A stretch of DNA of 62,899 bases, the filler included, from Trichomonas gallinae (lineage: Eukaryota): the NCBI GenBank assembly GCA_008369845.1. It is 8 parts of 8 records of this genome, joined end to end, with 100 filler letters (N's around TTAATTAATTAA, not from the genome) between each part and the next. Parts side by side here need not be neighbours in the genome. Positions count along the whole stretch, not along the records: positions 22,641 to 29,187 come from MRSU01000871.1; positions 29,288 to 48,690 come from MRSU01000872.1; 6 more parts are not named here. One strand, written 5' to 3'. Positions 22,641 to 31,160 of the stretch are shown piece after piece (the first letter of the stretch is position 1; every line of letters begins with the position of its first letter). The translations under genes were made by a program, and so were the position numbers. The notes under the pieces are model-generated. The model was not told the origin of the DNA, did not search any database, and was given only the letters and a program-made list of their open reading frames with translations.

Positions 22641-22757
22641 AATAGAATTACAGCTTTATTCGTTCTATAAACTATCTATTATGGACTCGCTAGTCGAATC
22701 CTCGCCGTTTGTTTCCTCCTTTATAAGCTTCGACTCTCTGTAGAACCTGATTATCGA
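22641..22757 (-). repeat. inverted copy of the MATE gene 3' end (29071-29187)
   Basis: Reverse complement of 29071-29187 at 116/117 identity. Confidence 0.95.
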
Positions 22758-22758
22758 T

Positions 22759-23332
22759 CAGTCTAATAAGCGGAAGAATGACCTCATGTCACAACACCAA
22801 GAACTTGAGGTCAATATCTTTGCTAAATACTCGGATCCATCTTTCCTGCGTCAATTTTCGAAAGCGTCACAAAAATTTGCAGAACTGAGAGAGAACGAAG
22901 TTGCATTAGCATTGCAACGAAACTATGCTGCAGCTAAAACTATCAAAGCGGAGACAGAAGCAGCGCAGAGGAAAATATTCGAGGCGCAACAGGCAGAGAT
23001 GCAGGCTCTCATAGACAATTATGCTGCGATTATAAAAGCACATGACGAGAAAGTTGCAGAGCAAGTCATATTAATCGAAGCTGAAAGAAAGAAAGAAAGA
23101 ATTAGCGCCAATTGAAGCTGCAATAAAACAGATTTATGTCAAAACTCCGATCCTTCCAGCCCTTCAACCAACATCGGAGGCTATGAGTGGTCCTGCACCA
23201 ACAAGGAAGAGCATGTAAAAGAAGCTACACTCGAATATATCAAACAATATGCCGAATATTTTGCCAATAACGCCAAGTACCAGTCCAATGATGAAAATAC
23301 AGCAGCCGTCACGTTCCATGAAAAAAATATGA
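22759..23332 (+). pseudogene. 5'-truncated, frameshifted coiled-coil protein gene
   Basis: The frame begins at the repeat junction. An extra GAAA unit at 23083-23101 shifts the frame, and there is a premature TAA at 23216-23218. Resembles 58891-59679 (NYxxA coiled coil, Ser/Pro-rich tail). Confidence 0.65.
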
Positions 23333-23484
23333 GGAGATAATCTTTATTTTTGTTTGTTTTTTACTAAATTTTGTTTGTTATTGTTATTTTTATCTGTTTT
23401 TTATATTTATCTGAAATAACGTTACGTCTGAATTCGAATAAATTTTATTTATCATAGGAACATCATCAATCATTTATTTTGAAT

Positions 23485-23556
23485 GGGTATGTGGCTCAGT
23501 GGTAGAGTGGAGCTTTCGCATAGCCCAGGCCGGGGGTTCGATTCCCTCCATATCCA
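23485..23556 (+). tRNA. trnA-CGC: tRNA-Ala(CGC)
   Basis: Cloverleaf: acceptor GGGTATG/CATATCC with G3:U70, D arm GCTC-AGTGGTA-GAGT, anticodon loop TT-CGC-AT, T loop TTCGATT, discriminator A. Confidence 0.93.
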
Positions 23557-23571
23557 TTTTTTTTTTTTTTT
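23557..23571 (+). terminator. RNA polymerase III oligo-T terminator
   Basis: T run immediately after the tRNA discriminator base. Confidence 0.75.
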
Positions 23572-23617
23572 TGTTTTTTCAAAACAAAAAACATTGAAAA
23601 TTAAGGAATTTAGTATG

Positions 23618-24976
23618 CTATAACTCATCTGATATAGATTTGCAATTTTCTTTTGCAAAATTCATCAAATTTTCATAATCGATATTTCTTTCCATGTATC
23701 TGATGCTTTTGTCCTTGTGATCAATAAAGGCAACCTTTGGTACTTCTGATGGCTTAACCGGAAATCCATTTTCAATTGCGTTCTGGTCCACATCAATGAA
23801 GCCAATTTTGCACCTAAACTTTCCTTTGATAGAATTGGAGAACTGGACATATGCATCAAAAATCTTCCGACATTCTCTATTATCAATAACATAATACATA
23901 ATTATGTCATTCTCTGTTTCGTTGAGGAAATCAATGTAGTTGTAGCCTACAACTTTCGTAAGATTCAAGCTGTTCGCACGAGGAACGTATTCCGATTTGT
24001 ATGTTTTATTAATTTTGGAATCTTTAACCAAATTAATGAATTTTTCGGCGCAATTCATCCACAGATCGACTTCAAAGTACTGATTTTTGAGTTCATCACC
24101 AATCAACTCTTCAGAATTGAAGTAATATCCACCAGTCATATTCAAAATGAGAAGTCTGGAATTGTAAGTGAAAGGAGGATATAAATGAGTGAACTGTCCT
24201 ATCTTTGCGACGTCATCACCCTTAACAAATGCGTATTCAAAATCAGGATATTTTTCAACAAGGTTTCCCATGAAAGTAGTATGATTTTCATGTATATCAT
24301 CACGTAATAGAAGGAAAATAAGTTTTTCGCTTCGCTGCATTGATTCAAAAGTCATAAAATCAAATTTTGCTTTTAATGCTGAAAGAAGTCCTTTTTCGCT
24401 TCCATCAAAAGCAACAATATCGCTGTCAATCTTATGATAAACTCCAAATTTCGAGATCCCAAGCTTGTGCAAAATTCCACTTGATGCAAAAACAAAGTTG
24501 CAAATTCCAAGATTACATGGAACACTGTATGATAATTCGACTATCTTTGTAGATTCTTCGATTGGTCCAATGATCGTAAAGGCTGTTTGTCCGAAATTAG
24601 CATAAACATCTTGAATATTTGTTGATTCAACATAATCATGATTTAACGCCATATCCATGCATAGTAGCATTGTAGATTCGTCGAATACAGGTGAATAAGA
24701 AACAAATAATTTTTGATTCTTGAAAAATTCGAGCTTTGGAAGACAATTATCGTATACAATAACGAAGGTAATCGAAGAATCGAACAATGTTTGCGCTTCC
24801 ATGAACGGCTGGAACGATTGTGTGTTATATCTTGAAGTTCGATATACAACAACGTATTCATTTGCAGTCAGGAGCTGCGAAATATCCGATTCATTCACTT
24901 CTAGCACCCTCGGTGCGCGAATCAGCCCTTTGTCAAGGGCTGTGGCTGCTGAAGCAACAGCTAACAAAGAGAACAT
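23618..24976 (-). CDS. PDI-like thioredoxin-fold ER protein lacking CXXC
   Basis: Signal peptide, PDI-like linker YKSEYVP...KVVGYNY, C-terminal SDEL. Confidence 0.72.
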   Translation of the reverse strand: MFSLLAVASAATALDKGLIRAPRVLEVNESDISQLLTANEYVVVYRTSRYNTQSFQPFMEAQTLFDSSITFVIVYDNCLPKLEFFKNQKLFVSYSPVFDESTMLLCMDMALNHDYVESTNIQDVYANFGQTAFTIIGPIEESTKIVELSYSVPCNLGICNFVFASSGILHKLGISKFGVYHKIDSDIVAFDGSEKGLLSALKAKFDFMTFESMQRSEKLIFLLLRDDIHENHTTFMGNLVEKYPDFEYAFVKGDDVAKIGQFTHLYPPFTYNSRLLILNMTGGYYFNSEELIGDELKNQYFEVDLWMNCAEKFINLVKDSKINKTYKSEYVPRANSLNLTKVVGYNYIDFLNETENDIIMYYVIDNRECRKIFDAYVQFSNSIKGKFRCKIGFIDVDQNAIENGFPVKPSEVPKVAFIDHKDKSIRYMERNIDYENLMNFAKENCKSISDEL

Positions 24977-25040
24977 TTATTATTTAAATTTGGCCAACGT
25001 TTACAAACATTTATATTAAAACATATCATATTAAAACATG

Positions 25041-26303
25041 CTAATTGGTTGAAGAAGCATTGTTAGAAAATAGACTAGAGCGGAAGTAACTATCATCGAG
25101 CTGGTTGAGGGAGTTAAAGCTTTTGTTAATATCTTTGGAGTAATATGCATTTTCGTCTAACGTCGGATCGAAGTATATTTGTCTGAAACTTCTATCCTTT
25201 TGATAGCACGTGAATGCGTTCGGAATAGTCGAAAACTTGACAGCCCAATCAATTTCATTATCTTTGAGGTATTGCGGGCCATTATCCTTTGATGGGTGAA
25301 ACCAGATTTTGAAATTAGTATGTTTGGAGATGGGAGTAGTGTCGGGATGGGAAGATTGAAAAAGGGAAGAAAAAAAATCATCCTCAATCTGTGAGACCTG
25401 GAGCAAATTATCAAACACTCTTGATAATTTTCCAAAGTGTAGGAAAAAAGTATAATATTGATGGAACTGTATTTTCATCTCTTGCTGTGATAATGAGATA
25501 GAATTATCAAAAAAGTATTTAATATTATATTCAATGCATTCTTTCTCTTCTTGTGTTGGTTCTTTAATTTTGCAGTATTCTTCCGTTGCTAATTGAATAA
25601 TTGATTCAACATCACTTGTCCCAGACTCGGAATATTTTGAAATTTGTTTCCAATCATCAATTGCTTGCTGAAGGTACTTCTTTTTAAGGTCTTCATTGCA
25701 CACAAGATTATTCTGAATTTCATTGATTTTTTCAGTTGATCGTTGAATCAAACTATCCCTTAAAAGTGCATCAAATTTAGTATTTTCTTCAGTTTTTTGC
25801 TTATTTGGTTTTGGTAAATTTTCTATATCAGACACTTTCATAAATTTAGTAAACAAACCCGATTCGTGAGATCGTTTTTGCCATTTATTTCTTCCATCTT
25901 TATCATCAACAATCACAAATCCGTCATGATTAAAATTTTTATTTATCGTATTTTCCTGTAATTTCAAAAACTGTGCTAATTTTGTTTTATTACACATGAA
26001 ATTTGTATTATCACACCAATATAAACCAATTTCTTCTCGGGCAATTTTATTATTCGCTTCTGATTCCTCAGACCAGTTCAAAATTAACCAAATCTTTTTC
26101 CTAAATAAAATTTTTTGAGATGCGCAAACTTTATTTTGCAACTCTTCCACGGAGCTTGAACTTTCTGTTTGATTTTGTGCAGGTTGTTGAATTGATAAAG
26201 ATCTCATCTGTTCAATTGCTCTTTCTGGGGTTGTACCTAATGATGGAGAATCTGTCTGGGATTCAATACGGAAAAATGGCATATCCAATTCATCATTATC
26301 CAT
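25041..26303 (-). CDS. IBP39-like initiator-binding-domain (IBD) transcription factor
   Basis: IBD signature FRKKIWLILNW...IGLYWCDNTNFMCNKTKLAQFLKLQENTINKNFNHDGF, plus a C-terminal region (FFLHFG, WFHP, VKFSTIPNAF). First ATG is 26303. Confidence 0.75.
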   Translation of the reverse strand: MDNDELDMPFFRIESQTDSPSLGTTPERAIEQMRSLSIQQPAQNQTESSSSVEELQNKVCASQKILFRKKIWLILNWSEESEANNKIAREEIGLYWCDNTNFMCNKTKLAQFLKLQENTINKNFNHDGFVIVDDKDGRNKWQKRSHESGLFTKFMKVSDIENLPKPNKQKTEENTKFDALLRDSLIQRSTEKINEIQNNLVCNEDLKKKYLQQAIDDWKQISKYSESGTSDVESIIQLATEEYCKIKEPTQEEKECIEYNIKYFFDNSISLSQQEMKIQFHQYYTFFLHFGKLSRVFDNLLQVSQIEDDFFSSLFQSSHPDTTPISKHTNFKIWFHPSKDNGPQYLKDNEIDWAVKFSTIPNAFTCYQKDRSFRQIYFDPTLDENAYYSKDINKSFNSLNQLDDSYFRSSLFSNNASSTN

Positions 26304-26448
26304 TATTCTGTTTTCTTTATAAATAAATTGGAAGAAATTTGACACTTTTAGATATATTCTATTATTGCTTGAATCATTCACGTTATTTTTAATTCAAGTT
26401 TCTTTTACAAATATTTTGACAATTAAACTTTTACAAGTCAGAAAATAA

Positions 26449-27096
26449 ATGATTGATCTTTATCATATTGATATTATTGGAGATTATCGGGCTATTGTTA
26501 TTCAATCCAAACTTTTCACCGTTTGGCTAAAATCATTACATCCAGATTTCATCCTGAAGAAAATTAAGATTGATCATGTTCAATTTGATGAAGAGAACAA
26601 ACCAATCTTTATTAAACTTGACACTATCACGTACTTTAATGGTCATTGTATACCTCGTATTTTATATCTTATTGGAAATCTAATAGTTTTTATTCCTTTG
26701 ATTAAAAAGGAAAATCAAATATACGTTCTATATGAGGAAAAACCTTATATAGTCTCGAGTTCTATCGATTTGGCTCTCCCAAATGAGCAAATCCTTGAAC
26801 AAAATATATCCGAAAAAGAAGTTGCAAATATTTTCCACAGACATACAGGTATTACCCAAGAGCCATCAAAATTCATTAATATATTCGAAAAACTAGATCA
26901 TAAGAAGTCTTCTTCATTTTATTCTTTTCCGAGCCCAACAGACCAAAAAATACTTTACTATACTACAATGATAGATAAACTTGACAAAGATCAAAAAATA
27001 ATCCATTTTGATGATTTGAAAATCAAATCAAAATCAGTTATTACAAAGTTAGGACTTGAACTAATTACTGAAATGATACAAAAAAAACTTATTTAA
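26449..27096 (+). CDS. divergent Nudix-fold (ADP-sugar pyrophosphatase-like) protein with degenerate Nudix box
   Basis: N-terminus FTVWLKSL...FIKL...NGHCIPRILYLIG resembles NUDT14-like proteins. The Nudix-box position reads LPNEQIL...VANIFHRHTGI. Confidence 0.5.
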   Translation: MIDLYHIDIIGDYRAIVIQSKLFTVWLKSLHPDFILKKIKIDHVQFDEENKPIFIKLDTITYFNGHCIPRILYLIGNLIVFIPLIKKENQIYVLYEEKPYIVSSSIDLALPNEQILEQNISEKEVANIFHRHTGITQEPSKFINIFEKLDHKKSSSFYSFPSPTDQKILYYTTMIDKLDKDQKIIHFDDLKIKSKSVITKLGLELITEMIQKKLI

Positions 27097-27660
27097 GTTA
27101 TTTTATTTCATTCTTGATTTGCATATTCAAATATATACTGAATAATATCCAAAAATACTCTAAATGGGAACTTTGGAAGCTAATTGCAGTCTTATATGAA
27201 TCCAATTTGATTATTCTTAACTCATTAATTTGATGATTAATATTGGAATAAACGACTAAAGACTGCTGAAATCATTCATAACATTTGCGTAATAGTAATT
27301 TATATGTTATCTAGTTAAATGACGTTTCATTGAAGCATCAAGCATGAAAAAAATCATTAAAAACAATAATGAGCATAATTTCATAATCAATAACCTGATA
27401 ACAATGGAAAAAGCTGGCAAGAATCTGTTCTGATTATTATATTTGCTAGAGTTAATATAGAAATCATTATCCATTTGTCGTTATTAAGAATATTATGTTA
27501 TATGACTATTTATTATCCACAAAGAAATCAAAAATTCTCCATAATTTCAATATAAAATTTTCTATATAGAGCTTTGAATTTCTAATAACTAATTGAATAT
27601 GGACAATGCTTTACATCTATTGTCCGAAAAATTGGCATTTTCATATAGAGTTATATAGGA

Positions 27661-29163
27661 ATGGAATCTAATGAACCAGATGTAGGCATTTCGGATGCTG
27701 GAGAAATGGATAACGATCAAAATCCTAAGAAAGATGATGAACATCAAAGATTAGCCGGATATTCCCCTTTAATGACTATCATCAAATTATGTCCGGGACC
27801 ATTGATATCGCAACTGGTGGATAGGTTTTATGGAGTCATAGATTCACTCTGGGTTACAAAATTTATTGGCGAAATCGGACTTACAGCTTTATCAGTATCA
27901 TTTCTATTGGAAAACACAGCTTTAGCTTTTGCATTTTTTGTTAGTGTTTCTGTTTCTACGCAGTCATCATACTTATTCTCAAAAAAAGAGTACGATAAAG
28001 TTAATCAAGTTGCATGCGACTTATTTAGGATTTGTATCATAATTGGATGTCTTGTTCCAGCAGTATTACTTCCTGTCGCTAAGCCAATCATTGGCTGGCT
28101 TGATGGAGGCGATAAAGTTGTGAATTTGGCTTTTGATTACCTAATTCCGCTTCTTTCGATGAATATTGTCACTCTTTTGTATCATACAGTGTGTGGAATA
28201 CTGCAGAGTGAAGGAAGAACGTGGACATACGGAATTGCACAAATTGCGTCATTGCTCCTTAATATGGTGTGTTGGGATCCACTTTTATTGTATTTAACGA
28301 AAAATACAATTGGTTCAAGTCTTTCTACAATCATAGCAATGCTAATTCCCACAATCGTGCTTTTGATTTTATTATTTTGCGGGAAATTTGCGACTAAAAC
28401 TAGTTTCGGTCTGTTTTTCACATGTTTTATAAGAGATACAGGAACAGCACTAAAAACAGGTTTGTCAGCCTTAATAATGAACATTTCCATTGCAATTCCA
28501 TCAATCTTCATGCAAAAGTTCATTGCAATCAGGGCAAACAAGATTGGGCAGTTCAAAACAATCATTGCAGTCACAAACGCAAACTTAAGGCTTTATTCCC
28601 TGATCCTCTGCATTCCTTTGGCTTTAAACGCCGCCTACCTGCCTGCGTCAAGCTATGCATTCGGCCAGAAGAACTTCAAGAGAATCATTCATCTGACGTA
28701 TTGGGTCACGTTGATCAGCATAGCATGGGGAGCTATTGTGACCCTGCTTTGCTGCATATGGCCAGGGACAATTGGCAAGATTTGGAGTCGAGACCCGAAT
28801 TTTATTCACTGGGTAGAAATAATTTTCCCGATATGCTTCTACACGGTTATTTTGTGCAGCGTGAAATTCATCATCATCTCTTTCTTGCAGGCCACACAGC
28901 AGTCTTACACCGCTATGGCAGTCGGCATCGTTACGTACTTATTTTCGCTCCCAGCTTTCGCTGCTGCTTTCCACTACACAGGAAGACAAGACAACCCGGA
29001 GAGAGTTTTCTATTCCTACATTTGCAACGATATTTTTGCTGCCATGGTTAGCTTCCTCGCTGCCCTTCCCTCGATAATCAGGTTCTACAGAGAGTCGAAG
29101 CTTATAGAGGAGGAAACAAACGGCGAGGATTCGACTAGCGAGTCCATAATAGATAGTTTATAG
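27661..29163 (+). CDS. MATE family transporter
   Basis: ~500 aa with about 12 hydrophobic segments in two halves; motifs FYGVIDSLWV, GILQSEG, SYAFGQKNFKR. Confidence 0.9.
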   Translation: MESNEPDVGISDAGEMDNDQNPKKDDEHQRLAGYSPLMTIIKLCPGPLISQLVDRFYGVIDSLWVTKFIGEIGLTALSVSFLLENTALAFAFFVSVSVSTQSSYLFSKKEYDKVNQVACDLFRICIIIGCLVPAVLLPVAKPIIGWLDGGDKVVNLAFDYLIPLLSMNIVTLLYHTVCGILQSEGRTWTYGIAQIASLLLNMVCWDPLLLYLTKNTIGSSLSTIIAMLIPTIVLLILLFCGKFATKTSFGLFFTCFIRDTGTALKTGLSALIMNISIAIPSIFMQKFIAIRANKIGQFKTIIAVTNANLRLYSLILCIPLALNAAYLPASSYAFGQKNFKRIIHLTYWVTLISIAWGAIVTLLCCIWPGTIGKIWSRDPNFIHWVEIIFPICFYTVILCSVKFIIISFLQATQQSYTAMAVGIVTYLFSLPAFAAAFHYTGRQDNPERVFYSYICNDIFAAMVSFLAALPSIIRFYRESKLIEEETNGEDSTSESIIDSL

Positions 29164-29187
29164 AACGAATAAAGCTGTAATTCTATT
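29071..29187 (+). repeat. right arm of 117-bp contig-terminal inverted repeat
   Basis: Matches the reverse complement of 22641-22757, with one mismatch at 29107. Confidence 0.95.
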
Positions 29188-29287
29188 NNNNNNNNNNNNN
29201 NNNNNNNNNNNNNNNNNNNNNNNNNNNNNNNTTAATTAATTAANNNNNNNNNNNNNNNNNNNNNNNNNNNNNNNNNNNNNNNNNNNN
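29188..29287. other. artificial contig linker
   Basis: N44-TTAATTAATTAA-N44. Confidence 0.97.
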
Positions 29288-29496
29288 ATTTATGTTTTTG
29301 GAAAAGGTGACAAATTTGATAACCTCATAGAATCAATTGATAGTTTACAAAACGGTTAGAACGGTCCTTTAAACTATCAAAAGCAATAAATACACAATGA
29401 GTTAATAGTTGTTTCGCTTGGAGCAAATTGATTTTAGAAAAGAAGTGCTTCAACCAAACCACCTTAATACAATCTCTCTTAATCCCCTCAAGAACT

Positions 29497-29883
29497 CAAA
29501 AAGCTGAAGAAAAAGATGATGCTTGCTTTGTTTTTTTTAAATCAATCGAAGATCCAACATGGAAATAAATATTTATAAGATATAATCATCATTATAATAG
29601 AACCTACCAATATATGCTAAATACCAAGTTAAAATAGTAATATTTGCTTTACTTTTACTTAATCATTCGAAAATCTAACACAAAAACCAATATTTAAACA
29701 ATATAATCAATATTTTTATCATATAAATTGTCAAGATATACTAAATATCAAGCTAAAATGGTAACATTTGCCTTGTCTTTCTTTTGTCAATTGATTTTCT
29801 CCCACAAAATATAATAATTTTATCGATTATATCTGATAGGCAGCCTACAGAGCCCAAAAAGCTGAAGAAAAAGATGATGCTTG
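29497..29883 (+). repeat. 29-bp direct repeat pair (29497-29525 and 29855-29883)
   Basis: CAAAAAGCTGAAGAAAAAGATGATGCTTG occurs twice, identical. Confidence 0.9.
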
Positions 29884-29946
29884 TGTCAATTGATTGATTT
29901 GTCAGATGTCAGAAATTTTTGAGAAAGTGTCAGATAAAAGTCATAT

Positions 29947-31047
29947 ATGAGTTACTGCCCTTCATCGACTTCCCTCACGAGGTCTGATTTCTTGCCGGGG
30001 ATCTCATCGATACCGGATGGTCGCAGGACGAGCTCCGGCAGATCCTGTGTGACGTCGTCCATGGAATCCATTCCTGGAATCCATCACAATCCGCATTTCG
30101 ACAACAACCCATGGAATGTTATAGAAGTGCACGGACTGGCGCCAGAGACACGCTGTGGACAAACAATCATGTATTGGCCAGAGGGAAATGCGATAATTTG
30201 CGCTTACGGAAGAAACAAAGATGATTCATTTACCGACGAATTTTGGAAATTTTCAATCGAAACGAACAGCTGGGAAAAGTTAGAGGTTAAAGACGTAACA
30301 CCACGCGCTGCTGCTGGCTGTGCGCTCGTAAATTCGAAATTATACTTTTTCGGAGGCATCACGACTTCAAACTTCGTTAGAGATTACCACATTGTCGATC
30401 TTAATACTTTAGAAGTCGAATATCCAGTAACTACAGGTGATGCTCCGCCAGAATGTGCTCTTCCGCTTGTAGCGTTCTGGAACAAGTATTTAATTGTTTG
30501 GGCTGGTACATCTGGCTCAAATCTTTCATGTTTACACATTTTAGACACAGAAGAAAATCATTGGCAAGAAATCAAAACAGATTTTGTCGGCCGTCAAGGC
30601 GCGTGCGGTTGCATCATTGACACAACACTTTATATATATGGAGCTAGTTGCCCGATGTCTATATTAGCATTAAATCTCGAAACATGGGAATTCACAGCAA
30701 TTTCAACAACAGGCACCGCTCCACCTCATGGAACTGAATGCTTAACAATGATCACGTCAGGAAACACAATTCTCGCTTTCGAAACAAATTGCGCATCACC
30801 AACTGCAAGAATTTACATCTACGACATAGAGAGATCGAATTGGATTAGCAATACAATCAATATTACTACTGAGAACCCAGAATCTCCACGAATCGTTTTC
30901 TATCTTCCATATGAAAGAAAATTGCTTGCTTTAGGCGAAAATTCGAATGGTGAAACACATCCACTTGCTGAATTGTCAATTGGTAAGATGATCTCCAACC
31001 TTAATCAACGCATTGATATGCTTGCTGCTTTAAGAGGATTAATTTAA
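29947..31047 (+). CDS. Kelch-repeat protein
   Basis: Kelch blades: PETRCGQT...AYG, PRAAAGCALVNSKLYFFGG, LYIYG, with W at blade ends. Confidence 0.85.
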   Translation: MSYCPSSTSLTRSDFLPGISSIPDGRRTSSGRSCVTSSMESIPGIHHNPHFDNNPWNVIEVHGLAPETRCGQTIMYWPEGNAIICAYGRNKDDSFTDEFWKFSIETNSWEKLEVKDVTPRAAAGCALVNSKLYFFGGITTSNFVRDYHIVDLNTLEVEYPVTTGDAPPECALPLVAFWNKYLIVWAGTSGSNLSCLHILDTEENHWQEIKTDFVGRQGACGCIIDTTLYIYGASCPMSILALNLETWEFTAISTTGTAPPHGTECLTMITSGNTILAFETNCASPTARIYIYDIERSNWISNTINITTENPESPRIVFYLPYERKLLALGENSNGETHPLAELSIGKMISNLNQRIDMLAALRGLI

Positions 31048-31160
31048 TTTCTTTCCTTTTTTTGTTTATTTTTTACTTCCAACATTATATATAGAGTTAA
31101 AACATTGATTATATTATATACAAATAATATTTATAAAACAATATATCATAAAAAAAAATT

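Noticed and set aside
23470..23658. 62-aa ORF (WIWRESNPRPG...)
   Set aside because: Antisense translation of the tRNA-Ala gene.
28422..29051. 209-aa alternate-frame ORF inside the MATE gene
   Set aside because: Explained by local GC richness; no recognisable protein features.
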